In this document: piece after piece, positions 10,785 to 23,146 of the stretch
Position numbering within the stretch: position 1 is the stretch's first letter
How the letters are laid out: each line of letters opens with the position of its first letter
Source of the DNA: Pseudanabaena sp.
Lineage (GTDB): Bacteria; Cyanobacteriota; Cyanobacteriia; Pseudanabaenales; Pseudanabaenaceae
NCBI GenBank assembly: GCA_044355035.1
Contig: JBIKYX010000003.1
Coordinates: forward strand, 10,851 to 74,850
Direction of reading: 5' to 3'
DNA: 64,000 nt
Program-made: the position numbers and the translations under genes
Notes under the pieces: generated by a model
Databases searched by the model: none
Seen by the model: the letters and a program-made list of their open reading frames with translations, nothing else
What the model was told of the DNA's origin: nothing

Positions 10785-11994
10785 TAATGCTTAATTGTTT
10801 GAGCAACCACCCGATCGCTGCTCCCGCAATCAATAACCAAGCCGAATTAAATTTGGGAAATTTTAGCAAAATCACGAAACTGGCGATCGCTATAGTAACT
10901 GTCCAAATATCAATCAAAGTGCCGCGCCCCAACTCCAAGGCAACTGCTGCCATTAAACCAATAGAAGCAGCATTCACTCCATCTAAGAAACCTGCTGTCC
11001 AAGATGATTTGCGTAATTTTGATACAAAGGGATTAATCGCAGGCACAAAAATAAATGCGGGTAAAAATATACCAATTGTCGCGGCGATCGCGCCCAAATT
11101 CCCTGCGAGTAAATAACCAATAAAGGTTGCCGTCGTTAATATTGGTCCGGGGGTAAACTGCCCGATCGCGACAGCATCCAACAGCTGTTGTGAAGTTAGC
11201 CAATGATGGCGATCGACGAATTCCTGCTGCACAAAAGCTAACAAAACATAGCCACTGCCATAGAGAACCGAGCCAATTTTTAAAAAACTGAGAAATACAG
11301 CAGTCCAAGGTTTAGGCGTTGCAGCAAGAGGGAGAACAGAAAAAGGAAAGAGGATGATTGATAAGGATTTTGTTTTTTGGAAAATGCTTAAGTTATGAAC
11401 GAGGGTGACGACTAATCCTGCGCCGAGCATTAAGGCGACTTCATTAATGTTGAAGAAATATAGTGTTAAAACTAAGCAACCTGCGATCGATGTTGGGGCA
11501 TTTTTAAATCCCGATCGCCCTAGCTTAGAGAGAGATTGGACAATAATTGCAATAATTACAGGCTTGACTCCGTAAAGTAGCCAACCAACCACGGGCATAG
11601 TTTGATATTCAACATAGGCGATCGCTAATCCCCATACCAACAACATGGCAGGAACAATAAAGCAAACTCCCGCCACAATCGCGCCTAAAATTCCCGCTCG
11701 TTCTAATCCGACATGAATTACTAATTCCGTGGAATTTGGACCGGGAATCAGATTGCAAATACTCAATAAATCCAGTAACTTTTCGCGGCTCAACCATTGA
11801 CGGCGCTGTACTATTTCTAATTCAATTTGAGCAATATGGGCGGCTGGACCGCCAAAAGCGATCGCGCCCAGCTTAGTAAAAACAATCGCTAAATCAGTCA
11901 GTTTAGTCTTCGGTGGTAAAAGGGCTTGACTATCTTGGGAATCATTTAAATCTGGTGACTCTGGCTCTAAATCTTTTTTTGTATACTGGGACAT
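10777..11994 (-). CDS. chrA: Chromate efflux transporter (long-chain CHR)
   Basis: Motifs AFGGPAAHIA, PGPNSTE, YGSGYVLLAF and TPGP in two repeats. Confidence 0.93.
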   Translation of the reverse strand: MSQYTKKDLEPESPDLNDSQDSQALLPPKTKLTDLAIVFTKLGAIAFGGPAAHIAQIELEIVQRRQWLSREKLLDLLSICNLIPGPNSTELVIHVGLERAGILGAIVAGVCFIVPAMLLVWGLAIAYVEYQTMPVVGWLLYGVKPVIIAIIVQSLSKLGRSGFKNAPTSIAGCLVLTLYFFNINEVALMLGAGLVVTLVHNLSIFQKTKSLSIILFPFSVLPLAATPKPWTAVFLSFLKIGSVLYGSGYVLLAFVQQEFVDRHHWLTSQQLLDAVAIGQFTPGPILTTATFIGYLLAGNLGAIAATIGIFLPAFIFVPAINPFVSKLRKSSWTAGFLDGVNAASIGLMAAVALELGRGTLIDIWTVTIAIASFVILLKFPKFNSAWLLIAGAAIGWLLKQLSIIN

Positions 11995-12129
11995 ATTTTA
12001 AAAAAGTTAGGTAGGACATACTTGATCTCAAATTTGCGATCAAAGTAAATCCCAAGAGCATACACAAAGCTTTATACTTTTTGCATGTATCTCAGAATAC
12101 TAACTAGCTTTTGCCTAGATTATATAGAT

Positions 12130-12696
12130 ATGGTAGATTCGCTCAAATCTCAGCAGTTAAAGACTTCAGCCAGTTCTCATTTAGCAAATCACTCAGCCCC
12201 CGTCAATCAATCTGAGTGCTTTTACTACTTTGCGTACGGCTCTTGTATGTGTCCTGTGGATTTGAAGCGATCGCTGGGTGAGGCGGCTCATCACTATGTG
12301 GTGGGTGTAGCCAGATTAAATGGATATAAACTCGGCTTTTATTATCGATCGCCCCATCGTGGTTGTGGTTGCCTAGATATTGTCAAAGATCACAATTCCT
12401 ATGTAGAAGGTGTTTTATATTGCTTACCAATGCGTTTGAGCGATCGGCTTGATATTCGGGAAGATGTATCGCGGGGTGGCTATCAGCATGAACTAGTCAC
12501 GGTCACCGTAGATCAGACTGTTTATCAAAATGTACGCACCTACAGTGTGATCAATAAGTTACCTCGCGAACTCGCACCTAATGATTGGTATTCAACCGTA
12601 GTGCTACGGGGCGCATCCACTTGTGGACTTACTGAAAAATATTTTTGGCAATTGTTCTATCACATTTATCAATTACAGTCATATGTAAGTAATTAA
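12130..12696 (+). CDS. Gamma-glutamylcyclotransferase family protein
   Basis: Motifs YYFAYGSCM, VEGVLY and LDIRE. Confidence 0.85.
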   Translation: MVDSLKSQQLKTSASSHLANHSAPVNQSECFYYFAYGSCMCPVDLKRSLGEAAHHYVVGVARLNGYKLGFYYRSPHRGCGCLDIVKDHNSYVEGVLYCLPMRLSDRLDIREDVSRGGYQHELVTVTVDQTVYQNVRTYSVINKLPRELAPNDWYSTVVLRGASTCGLTEKYFWQLFYHIYQLQSYVSN

Positions 12697-12742
12697 GCGC
12701 AATTCAGCCTGTGTTCACAGGCTTTTCTATTTTAAAAATGAA

Positions 12743-13885
12743 TTAAAAATGAATTTGCAAGAGCGAAACATCATCATCAAACTTCGCACTTGGAGATTCA
12801 CGGCGAATTTCTTCGAGAATCGAATTTGCATTAATTGCTTCTGCTTCTAAAAAGTTTTCTGTCAAAAAATTGATAAATTTAGGCATCCCCCAAACCTTCT
12901 CATTTTCCTGCATCACCTCAAAAACACCGTCACTAAAAACATAAAGTTTACTATTGAGCGGGATCGATACTTCGGCGTAACTATATTCCATATCAGGAAA
13001 AAATCCAATTGGAATATCAAGGCTGGGAAGCTTTTTGATTTCAGGATTTGTCCCCTCCCCGTCAATTATCAAAAGTCCATTGGGATGCCCTGCACTTGCG
13101 TAGGTAAGCTTGCGTTGCGATCGCTTAAAAACGCCATACCACATTGTGAAATAACGCCCATTATGGCGGCTCATCTCAAAAGCGCGATTCAATTCCGCCA
13201 TAATCTCATCAGGTTTATATAGCTTTTCCTTCCCAAAAGACTGCGATCGCATCAGATTTAAAATGGAAACCGCCAACAACGCGGCTCCGACTCCATGCCC
13301 TGCGGTATCAATCAAATAAATAACAAGATGATCATGATCTAACCAATAAAAATCATAGCAATCACCACTCAATTGAGTTGAAGGTATAAACTCAGCAGAA
13401 ATATTCACTGAACCTTCCAAAACTGTTGGTAATAAGGATTTTATATAATCACTTGCTTCAGTAAGTTCTGCTTCTAATAATTGCTTTTGTACCTGTAAAT
13501 CTTGATTAAGTTGATAGATTCTTAAGCCAGCCCTAACGCTAGCAATCAACTCACTTTTGTCGATCGGCTTTGATAAAAAATCATCAGCCCCATTGTCTAG
13601 AGCCTTTACCTTGTCTTCGATCGCCGCTTTGGAAGTTAATAAGATAAAAATTGATGAATATATATTCTGTTCTAGTTTAACTTGGCGACAAACCTCTAAT
13701 CCATCGATATCAGGCATCATCCAATCACAGAGAACCAAAGCAGGATGGTGCTTTTGGGCAAGTGCTATACCCTCACTGCCATTTTGAGCGACAAAGACTT
13801 CATATCCTTGTGCTTGCAGTATATTTTTAAGGATCATTTGCATGACCAGATCATCATCGATTACTAAAATCTTAAGCATTCCCAC
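12743..13885 (-). CDS. Response regulator receiver fused to SpoIIE/PP2C phosphatase
   Basis: Receiver: ILVIDDD, CDWMMP, KP. PP2C: SGDCYD, DTAGHG, SDG, DDDVS. Confidence 0.93.
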   Translation of the reverse strand: MGMLKILVIDDDLVMQMILKNILQAQGYEVFVAQNGSEGIALAQKHHPALVLCDWMMPDIDGLEVCRQVKLEQNIYSSIFILLTSKAAIEDKVKALDNGADDFLSKPIDKSELIASVRAGLRIYQLNQDLQVQKQLLEAELTEASDYIKSLLPTVLEGSVNISAEFIPSTQLSGDCYDFYWLDHDHLVIYLIDTAGHGVGAALLAVSILNLMRSQSFGKEKLYKPDEIMAELNRAFEMSRHNGRYFTMWYGVFKRSQRKLTYASAGHPNGLLIIDGEGTNPEIKKLPSLDIPIGFFPDMEYSYAEVSIPLNSKLYVFSDGVFEVMQENEKVWGMPKFINFLTENFLEAEAINANSILEEIRRESPSAKFDDDVSLLQIHF

Positions 13886-13993
13886 TACCTCAACCCATAT
13901 ATTTTAAGAAAACTTTGATTAGACTTATCTTCCAAGATTCCCCAATTAAAAACAAGTGCCATTTCTATTACCATTACGGCTTACGCATGGTAA

Positions 13994-14013
13994 GGGTAAT
14001 TCATGAATTGCCC
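13994..14013. repeat. REP-like palindrome
   Basis: GGGTAATTCATGAATTGCCC; related to 61153-61180. Confidence 0.6.
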
Positions 14014-14174
14014 ATGAAATAAGGGGGGCAAGCTATTTTTGCGTAAATACTAACAGTATTTTGAGTCTAATCCAAAACAACTAAAATCTAACTTCTGATA
14101 GCAGCGATAATAAATATGTATAGATGATTATCTCATTGCCATACATCAATCTGACACCGATGACAATATTTAAA

Positions 14175-14188
14175 GTAACAATGTTTAC
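14175..14188. promoter_or_regulatory. Possible NtcA box
   Basis: Exact GTA-N8-TAC (GTAACAATGTTTAC) in a divergent intergenic region. No TAN3T at the canonical spacing. Confidence 0.3.
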
Positions 14189-14306
14189 AGAATTTAATAT
14201 TTAGATCGCCAAAATTGTGATCAGCAAATGGTTGCTCATGCCAATGCTGCCTATTCTCCCTGCGATTCTCGTTTCTGTACTCGTTTAAGTAATTTAGGAG
14301 GAGCCA

Positions 14307-14513
14307 ATGTCTAATATCCCAACTGGTGGTCAAATGCTTTGGAAACTGGAAGATGGTGAACGTGTATTGCATTTACGGCACAATGTCACCGAACAATGGC
14401 GGCACTATGAAGAGTTTCCTGAATACGCTGAGCAAGATCCTGTAGGCTTTTCTAAAGGCATCACGACTTTTGTGAGATTACTAAAAAAAGATTGGATTGC
14501 AATTAAATCCTAG
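14307..14513 (+). CDS. Small hypothetical protein
   Basis: 68 aa, strong Shine-Dalgarno (AGGAGGAG) before the ATG, followed by a hairpin at 14524-14546. Confidence 0.75.
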   Translation: MSNIPTGGQMLWKLEDGERVLHLRHNVTEQWRHYEEFPEYAEQDPVGFSKGITTFVRLLKKDWIAIKS

Positions 14514-14559
14514 TGTCTTAAAAAATAGGGCGCTTTGCGCCCTATTCGTTTAAACGCAC

Positions 14560-15192
14560 CTAATTATCGTAGTTGCGTCTTGCCTTATTTGCTTCAGAGC
14601 GTAGTGCATCAAGACGCTTTTCCAGCAAAGTCCGCGATCTCCCCTTAGAGACATCACTCAACATGATTTTGAGCGCACTTCCCAAACTTTTATAAGCCGC
14701 AGGCAAGGGATAACCATTGCGAACTGCTAAACGAATCGCACCTTGATCCGCCTCAATCAAGTTACGAATATCTTTTTTGCTTGTCCCCTTGCGCCATAGC
14801 TGAAAACCTGCGACACCGCAGATACCAAGGGCTAGTACAAACAGCAATCCATTTTGTACCCACAACTCACCAACTGCGCCGCCCAAACCGATCGCCAAGG
14901 CGGCAACTTCCCAGCCATCTTTGGGGACTGCATCATTTTGAATACGGGCAACCTCATGCCAGTAAAGCAGATTACGCTGATCCTCCGCCATGCGTTCCCA
15001 ACGGACCATATCAATCAAAATTACCACTTCGTCGCCACCAGCTTCTTCACAAGCAATCAGTGGCGGTCGCACACCATCAGCATTCAGGACTTTTACCCAA
15101 GCCTGTAATTCTGGCGGCAGCAAGTCTTGAAGACGGCGAATCTCAGTTCTAGCAAAGGTATTGCGGAGGGATGAAGAAGTAGGGGATGGCAT
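14560..15192 (-). CDS. DUF3318-like cyanobacterial membrane protein
   Basis: Motifs LPPELQAWV, QRNLLYWHEVARIQ and IGLGGAVGELW recognised from the family. Confidence 0.75.
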   Translation of the reverse strand: MPSPTSSSLRNTFARTEIRRLQDLLPPELQAWVKVLNADGVRPPLIACEEAGGDEVVILIDMVRWERMAEDQRNLLYWHEVARIQNDAVPKDGWEVAALAIGLGGAVGELWVQNGLLFVLALGICGVAGFQLWRKGTSKKDIRNLIEADQGAIRLAVRNGYPLPAAYKSLGSALKIMLSDVSKGRSRTLLEKRLDALRSEANKARRNYDN

Positions 15193-15309
15193 GAATCTTC
15201 GTCGTTAGCTCAGTACAACTAAAAAGTTATTTTAAAATTATAGTCTTTGTCGGACTGACAAGCAATTATCACGGTTAGTTTAGCCAAACTATAATAAAGT
15301 CTGTATTTT

Positions 15310-18162
15310 GTGGAGACCTTGGTGAAGCGTAAATTTATGCTCTCTTTTTTGAGTCGTGGTTTAGCCGCAGCGATCGCAGTGGTGATCTTCGGTAGTTTAC
15401 CCCTTAGTTTCTCGTTCAATTTGCCATTTTTCCAGCTTTGGGGCGGTCAAGCGATCGCCCAGTCTGATACTTCTAAGCAATTGGTCGCCAAATCATCAGA
15501 GTTATTAACTGGTAATGTGGTTAAAACTGTTTTAGATAATGGTCTGACGGTTTTGACAAAAGAAGTAAATACGGCTCCTGTCGTCAGCGTCCAAATCTGG
15601 TATCGCGTTGGTTCCCAAAATGAAAAATTGGGGATTACAGGTATTTCTCACCAACTTGAGCATTTGATGTTTAAGGGAACAAAGGAACGACCAATTCAAT
15701 TTGGACGTTTGTTTAGTGCCTTGGGCAGTAGCTCTAATGCTTTTACTAGCTATGACATGACCGCCTATTACGGCACAACTGGCAGCGATAAACTAGAGGC
15801 GATGCTCAGACTGGAAGCCGATCGCATGGTAAACACGGTCGCAGGTGAACAAGAACTGAAGAGCGAACGTACCGTAGTTTTGTCCGAACTTGATGGTGGT
15901 AATAATAATCCTGGAACCAGACTTTATCGAGAACTGATGTTGGCAGCCTATCCTGATAGTTCCTATGGATGGCCCGTGATTGGTTATCGTCCAGAGGTAG
16001 AAAACTATACGGTTGAAGATATTCAAAATTATTACCGTACTTTTTATCGTCCTGATAATGCCACTTTGGTCATAGTTGGTAATTTCGAGACAGAAGCAAC
16101 TCTCAAACAAGTACAGGAGATCTATGGCGCGATCGCCGCTCCTCCCAAACCACAATTTTTAATCAGTCCTGAGGCTCAAAAGAACAAGCCCCAGCCACCA
16201 CAACCAAAGTCTTCAAAACAACCGATTGTCCTCAAAGAACCTGGTAGTATTCCATTTTTGCAGGTGGTATATCCCAATTTGCCCAAGGTGAATGATCCTG
16301 ATGTCGCAGCGATCGATGTGATGGATAGCATTTTGTCATCAGGGCGTAGTTCTCGATTTTATCAAGCCCTTGTGGAAACTGGTTTAGCCAGTAGCGCTAG
16401 TGGCAGTGCTTCGGCACAAATTGGCACTGGTTGGTATTTCTTAAGCGCTACGCCAACGGCGGGTAAATCCTTAGAAGATCTTCAGCAGTTACTACTTGCT
16501 GAGATCGAAAAGTTAAAAACTGAGCCAATTACCCAAGCCGAACTGGAACGAGCCAAAGTCAGTATGCGAGCTAGTTATATTCTTGGGAATCGTGATATTA
16601 ATTCGCAAGCTATTCAGATCGGGTTTAACCAAACTGTTGCTAAGGACTACCGCTATAGCGATCGCTATTTGAGTGCAGTTGATCGGGTGACTAGCGCGGA
16701 TGTCAAGCGAGTAGCCAGAAAATATCTGCAACGCGATCGCCGTGTAGTTGGTTATTTTGAGCCGTCAGTAATTACGGCTCAGGCAGGAACTTCTCCCAGT
16801 AACGCTCATTCTTCAAATGCATTTCAACCAAGTACCCCCGTTGATCCTGCGGAAGTAGCTAAATATTTACCTGAAAGTGCTTTTATCGCTAAGGCACAAG
16901 TACCCGTGCAAGTGAAGCCTGAGAGCTTTACGCTATCGAATGGGTTAAAGGTATTGCTATTGAGTGATCGCAGTACACCAGCCGTGACAATCGTCGGTGA
17001 AATCAATGCAGGGTCGGGTTTTGACTCCGTTGCCAAGGCGGGATTAGCTACACTCACCGCAGAAAATATTCCCAATGGTACGACCACCAAAGATGCATTG
17101 ACTCTAGCGTCCCGTTTAGAAAATCGTGGCGCGAGGCTAGGCATCGGTGCAAGACGTGAAAGTGTCGGTATATCAGGGATCGCGATGGCTAGCGATTTAC
17201 CAATTATGATCGATCAGTTAGCCGATCTATTGCAAAATGCCACATTCCCAGCTAAGGAATTTGAGCTGAATCTACAACGGAATCTACTAGCTTTCAAAGC
17301 CGAACTAGACAGCCCTAACGCTTTGGCGCGGAGGATTTTTCAATCAACCCTCTATCCCAATGGACATCCATTTAATGCGATGCGGACTGAGGAAAGTCTT
17401 AAATCTATCAAGAGAGAAGATCTAGTCGATTTCTATAAAACCTATTACCGTCCTGACCAAGCAATTCTCACGATCATGGGTGATTTTGAGCCTGAAGCGG
17501 TTAAAGATTTGCTTGAAGAGAAATTAGGTAGTTGGAAATCTACAGGCAAAACACTGAAGTTTCAATTTCCCGAATTGACTCAGTTTGCCACCACGACCGA
17601 AAAACAAACGGCTTTGGCAGGAAAAACTCAAGCTGTCACCCTTATGGGACATGCCAGTATTTCCCGTTTCGACCCTCAGTATTATCCTGCGATTTTACTA
17701 AATCAGATTTTGGGTGGTGATACATTATCCAGCCGTCTTGGGTCCGAAATTCGCGATCGCCTTGGTTTAACCTATGGCATTTATAGCGCTTTCCGAGCAG
17801 GTAAACCGCTACAAGGTGAGTTTCTTGTGCAGATGCAAACTAGTGCTAAAGATACCGAAAAGGCGATCGCGGCTACTGTCACCCTTCTAAAAAACATCCG
17901 CGATCGGGGCATTACCCAATCGGAATTTGAGGTTGCGAAGAAGAGCTTAATTAATAGCTTTTCAACGGAATTTGCTGATCCCGACACCATCGCTGGTTCA
18001 TTACTAAGTGATAAGAGCTATGGCTTACCGATTGGCGACTTTTACAAGTTTCCTCAACGGATTGAGTCCGTAACTATAGATCAGGTCAATCGCGCCGCGA
18101 AGGAGTTATTACAACCTGATAACATGTTGATTGTTTCTGTAGTTCCTAAAACTGACAAATAA
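15310..18162 (+). CDS. M16 family (pitrilysin-like) zinc peptidase, fused two-unit form, probably exported
   Basis: HxxEH motif (HQLEH), NAFTS, a second inactive M16 unit, and an N-terminal hydrophobic signal. Confidence 0.92.
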   Translation: METLVKRKFMLSFLSRGLAAAIAVVIFGSLPLSFSFNLPFFQLWGGQAIAQSDTSKQLVAKSSELLTGNVVKTVLDNGLTVLTKEVNTAPVVSVQIWYRVGSQNEKLGITGISHQLEHLMFKGTKERPIQFGRLFSALGSSSNAFTSYDMTAYYGTTGSDKLEAMLRLEADRMVNTVAGEQELKSERTVVLSELDGGNNNPGTRLYRELMLAAYPDSSYGWPVIGYRPEVENYTVEDIQNYYRTFYRPDNATLVIVGNFETEATLKQVQEIYGAIAAPPKPQFLISPEAQKNKPQPPQPKSSKQPIVLKEPGSIPFLQVVYPNLPKVNDPDVAAIDVMDSILSSGRSSRFYQALVETGLASSASGSASAQIGTGWYFLSATPTAGKSLEDLQQLLLAEIEKLKTEPITQAELERAKVSMRASYILGNRDINSQAIQIGFNQTVAKDYRYSDRYLSAVDRVTSADVKRVARKYLQRDRRVVGYFEPSVITAQAGTSPSNAHSSNAFQPSTPVDPAEVAKYLPESAFIAKAQVPVQVKPESFTLSNGLKVLLLSDRSTPAVTIVGEINAGSGFDSVAKAGLATLTAENIPNGTTTKDALTLASRLENRGARLGIGARRESVGISGIAMASDLPIMIDQLADLLQNATFPAKEFELNLQRNLLAFKAELDSPNALARRIFQSTLYPNGHPFNAMRTEESLKSIKREDLVDFYKTYYRPDQAILTIMGDFEPEAVKDLLEEKLGSWKSTGKTLKFQFPELTQFATTTEKQTALAGKTQAVTLMGHASISRFDPQYYPAILLNQILGGDTLSSRLGSEIRDRLGLTYGIYSAFRAGKPLQGEFLVQMQTSAKDTEKAIAATVTLLKNIRDRGITQSEFEVAKKSLINSFSTEFADPDTIAGSLLSDKSYGLPIGDFYKFPQRIESVTIDQVNRAAKELLQPDNMLIVSVVPKTDK

Positions 18163-18173
18163 GCAATCTCTGG

Positions 18174-18204
18174 TAGTTAAGCCGCGCTCTGCGCGGCTTA
18201 ACTA
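18174..18204. terminator. GCGC-NNN-GCGC hairpin
   Basis: TAGTTAAGCCGCGC-TCT-GCGCGGCTTAACTA. Confidence 0.65.
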
Positions 18205-18238
18205 TTGTCTACATCTCAGCACTTTTAACGAAACTTGA

Positions 18239-19945
<1,707 letters not shown>

Positions 19946-19954
19946 AAAACTGGA

Positions 19955-19981
19955 GAGTTGCGGCGCTTCGCGCCGCAACTC
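19955..19981. terminator. GCGC-NNN-GCGC hairpin
   Basis: GAGTTGCGGCGC-TTC-GCGCCGCAACTC followed by a T tract. Confidence 0.65.
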
Positions 19982-20078
19982 CCTTTTGATTGAAATAACT
20001 GTGACAAAAAAATAATGGCTAAAGGCTATAATTGCAAAACAGACAAATTTTCTTGAATAGTCTAGGTAGTCATTGAGC

Positions 20079-20993
20079 GTGCCAAAGGTCGGTATTGTCT
20101 ATAACGACGCAAAACCCATTGCTGTAAGTGTAGCGATGGATATGAAGTTATGGCTGGAAAAGCGCAATATTCAAGCTGTTCTGGCAACAGGAAATGGCGG
20201 TATTTTGGGCTATGGTAAGCCAGACGCTCCAGTTTGCCATACTCCTATCGAGAGTTTAGTGCCATTAGGATTTGATCGCGATATTATGTTTGTCGTCGCT
20301 CTGGGTGGTGATGGCACGGTATTATCCACCTGTCGCCAAATTGCCCCCCTAGGACTACCCGTGTTAAATGTAAATACGGGACATATGGGCTTTTTAACTG
20401 AAATTTATCTAACTGAATGGGAAGAGGCGATCGCCCAAGTCGTCGAGGGGCAGTATGTGGTGGAGCAGCGATCGATGATGGCTGTACGAGTTTATGATAG
20501 CCAAGGTTTACTCTGGGAAGCTTTATCACTAAATGAAATGGTACTGCACCGTGAACCTTTGACTAGTATGTGTCATTTTGAAGTGCAGATCGGTCAGCAT
20601 ATGCCCGTGGATATTGCCGCCGATGGGGTGATTATCTCCACGCCCACAGGTTCTACTGCCTATGCCCTGTCCGCAGGCGGTCCTGTGATCGAACCAGGGA
20701 TTCCTGTATTTCAACTGATTCCTATTTGCGCTCACTCAATGGCTTCTAGAGCTTTAGTTTTTGCAAATACCGAAAAAGTCGTTGTTACGCCCGCCAATCG
20801 TCATCGTTTAGTGCTGGTTGTCGATGGTAATGCGGGCTGTTATGTCTATCCAGACTATCGCGTTGAGGTAGAGCGATCGCCCTATCCTGCGAGATTTATC
20901 CGTTTGCAAAAAGGTGAATTTTTCAAGGTTTTGCGTGAAAAACTAGGCTGGGGACTACCGCATATTTCCAAACCAACCTCAATGGAGTTATGA
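20079..20993 (+). CDS. nadK: NAD(+) kinase
   Basis: Motifs GGDGT, GHMGFL, NE, and [21 protein letters not shown]; GTG start. Confidence 0.95.
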   Translation: MPKVGIVYNDAKPIAVSVAMDMKLWLEKRNIQAVLATGNGGILGYGKPDAPVCHTPIESLVPLGFDRDIMFVVALGGDGTVLSTCRQIAPLGLPVLNVNTGHMGFLTEIYLTEWEEAIAQVVEGQYVVEQRSMMAVRVYDSQGLLWEALSLNEMVLHREPLTSMCHFEVQIGQHMPVDIAADGVIISTPTGSTAYALSAGGPVIEPGIPVFQLIPICAHSMASRALVFANTEKVVVTPANRHRLVLVVDGNAGCYVYPDYRVEVERSPYPARFIRLQKGEFFKVLREKLGWGLPHISKPTSMEL

Positions 20994-21769
20994 GTCAAAA
21001 TCTTAACTTTACTAACCAAGATTTACGCGATCGCTCTTTTAAAGGTAAAAATCTTGTCGGAGCCGACTTTAGTGGTGCAGATATTCGGGGATGTAACTTT
21101 AGTTACTCGCAGCTTCAGTCTGCAAACTTTACCAAGGTCTTAGCGGGGCGTAGTCAACGTCAAAACCTGATTGTTAGTTTTACTTCCTTGGCAATGGCGC
21201 TCATGTCTGCGGGAACTGCGATGATCGCTTCGATATTATTAATTACTTTTACCCTCTCCATAATTTTGGGCATCGCTCAGATTAATCGCGAAACTATTTA
21301 TTGGGTTGCCATTGTGGCGATTGTCGTGTTTGCCGTTGGTTTTGCGATCGCTTTCACCATGTCCTTAACCGAGAGTTTTATAAACGTTAATCCCAAAGGA
21401 ACTTTAGCCGCTATTCCCATTTCTCTCGTCACCGCTTTTATGTCAGGGTTCTATGGCTCTACTTTTACTAAAATTTTGGTAACGGGTGCATTTAATGCGA
21501 GCGCGAGTTTGCTGCAATTTAATATTTTTACGGCGTTGTTAACATTTTTAGCGATCGAGCCATTGCAAATTTTTGGCTGTCTTTATTTATTTCGCCTAGC
21601 CGTAAATGCCTCACGCACAAAAGCGGGGACAAATTTTAACTACGCCGATCTCACTCAAGCCTCATTTCACAGCGCCATATTAGTTAATTGTGATTTTTCT
21701 AAGGCTATTACAAATGATGTTGATTGGGAACAGGCAAAAATATCAAGATGTATCGCCGCCTTCAAGTGA
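20990..21769 (+). CDS. Pentapeptide-repeat membrane protein
   Basis: Pentapeptide (A[D/N]FSx-type) repeats at both ends, separated by hydrophobic helices. Confidence 0.85.
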   Translation: MSQNLNFTNQDLRDRSFKGKNLVGADFSGADIRGCNFSYSQLQSANFTKVLAGRSQRQNLIVSFTSLAMALMSAGTAMIASILLITFTLSIILGIAQINRETIYWVAIVAIVVFAVGFAIAFTMSLTESFINVNPKGTLAAIPISLVTAFMSGFYGSTFTKILVTGAFNASASLLQFNIFTALLTFLAIEPLQIFGCLYLFRLAVNASRTKAGTNFNYADLTQASFHSAILVNCDFSKAITNDVDWEQAKISRCIAAFK

Positions 21770-21779
21770 CTGTTAGAGT

Positions 21780-22880
21780 TCACTCTTGAATCTTACTCGT
21801 AGATATAATGTGAATATCAACATTTTTGAGGAGTCTTAAAATCCTTTGAGTTAGCGATCCCTTAAATAAAATCTGCCAACGCGATTTCTGGCTTTCACCC
21901 ATGACTATTTGGGTAATTCGATAACTGCGTGATGTTTCGACAATTGCCTCTAAAGCATGACTATCACGCACTCGAATGAAAGTACCATCAAACTCTTTGC
22001 AGAGACGCTCACAGGTTTCAATATGCAAGCTTTCGGCTTTAGTCAAAAAGCGTTCGGGATTATCCACAAATAGAACATAAAGTTGAGCGTGCATATATCC
22101 TGCAATTCGCGCTCCTCTTCGCAACAGTTGCAGTGAATTGGGATAAGTAGAAACACAAACTAAAACCCGTTCATGAATATTACAAATTAGATTTGTCGCA
22201 GAACCTGAGCGATCGTGGGCTTCGAGATCATCTTCAATATTGTCAGCAATTTCCCGAAGTGCTAATTCTCGTAAAGCAATCAAGTGGCGGCGCTGAAAAA
22301 AGTTATTCAGAGATTGATCGATCTTTTCAGGCGCATAAATCTTGCCATCGCGCAGTCGTTCTTGAAGCGTTTCAGGGGTAACATCAACCACCACCACCTC
22401 ATCGGCATCTTCTAAAATGCGATCAGGTATCCGTTCGCGCACGATTACGCCTGTGATCTTTGCCACTGTGTCGTTGAGGCTTTCAATATGCTGAATATTC
22501 ACAGTGGAATAAACATCAATCCCTGCTTCAAGTAGAACTTCTACATCTTGATAGCGCTTCTCACGCAATGCATTAGGAACGTTAGTATGCGCTAGCTCAT
22601 CTACTAGAGCGAGTTGAGGCTGACGTTTAAGAATCGCATCAGTATCCATTTCCGTTAGAGTAACAGACTCACAGCTAATCTGTTGACGAGGAACTAGTTC
22701 CAAACCGATCGCTTTTTCTTTGGTTTCCACGCGATTATGGGTTTCTAGTAAACCGATAACCACATCAGTTCCCTCAGAACGTAGCCGATGCCCTTCCTCC
22801 AGCATCCGATAGGTTTTACCGACTCCTGGACTCATGCCGATAAATATTTTATGCTTGCCCCGCCGATGGGTTTTAATCAT
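21780..22880 (-). CDS. kdpD: Short KdpD (N-terminal sensor plus universal-stress domain; no kinase domain)
   Basis: Motifs GMSPGVGKTY, LVDELAH and NIQHIESLND, with a Usp-like C-terminus; no TM or HisKA region. Confidence 0.9.
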   Translation of the reverse strand: MIKTHRRGKHKIFIGMSPGVGKTYRMLEEGHRLRSEGTDVVIGLLETHNRVETKEKAIGLELVPRQQISCESVTLTEMDTDAILKRQPQLALVDELAHTNVPNALREKRYQDVEVLLEAGIDVYSTVNIQHIESLNDTVAKITGVIVRERIPDRILEDADEVVVVDVTPETLQERLRDGKIYAPEKIDQSLNNFFQRRHLIALRELALREIADNIEDDLEAHDRSGSATNLICNIHERVLVCVSTYPNSLQLLRRGARIAGYMHAQLYVLFVDNPERFLTKAESLHIETCERLCKEFDGTFIRVRDSHALEAIVETSRSYRITQIVMGESQKSRWQILFKGSLTQRILRLLKNVDIHIISTSKIQE

Positions 22881-22937
22881 GATATTTGCCCACTGTGTTT
22901 GAATATTGTATGCTAGGTTTGGAACAAGTCTAGTTCT

Positions 22938-23144
22938 ATGTATGTAATGGGTAGAAAACTTGATCACAAACAAGTTGATGCGATCGCTAGTAAATATAAA
23001 ATGTCATTCGAGCAAAGAAAAGCTTTTGGTAAGTTTGTTGAACAGGAAAAAAGATATGGCTATGGTGGTACTTTAAATTATAGAAAAGACTTTACGTGGG
23101 AAGAACTTGAGCAAAAAGCTCAAGAATTTTTAGAGGAGATTTAA
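22938..23144 (+). CDS. Small hypothetical protein (candidate toxin-like domain)
   Basis: 68 aa, charged and helical; stop lies 2 nt before the next ATG. Confidence 0.65.
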   Translation: MYVMGRKLDHKQVDAIASKYKMSFEQRKAFGKFVEQEKRYGYGGTLNYRKDFTWEELEQKAQEFLEEI

Positions 23145-23146
23145 GC

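Noticed and set aside
14133-14372. 79-aa minus-strand ORF and the many short ORFs antisense to or shifted within long genes
   Set aside because: They overlap well-supported genes or promoters, and lack RBSs and recognisable motifs.
21780-22880. KdpD lacking transmembrane and kinase domains as a pseudogene or novelty
   Set aside because: Naturally short KdpD (sensor plus Usp domain) is established in cyanobacteria, and the frame here is intact.
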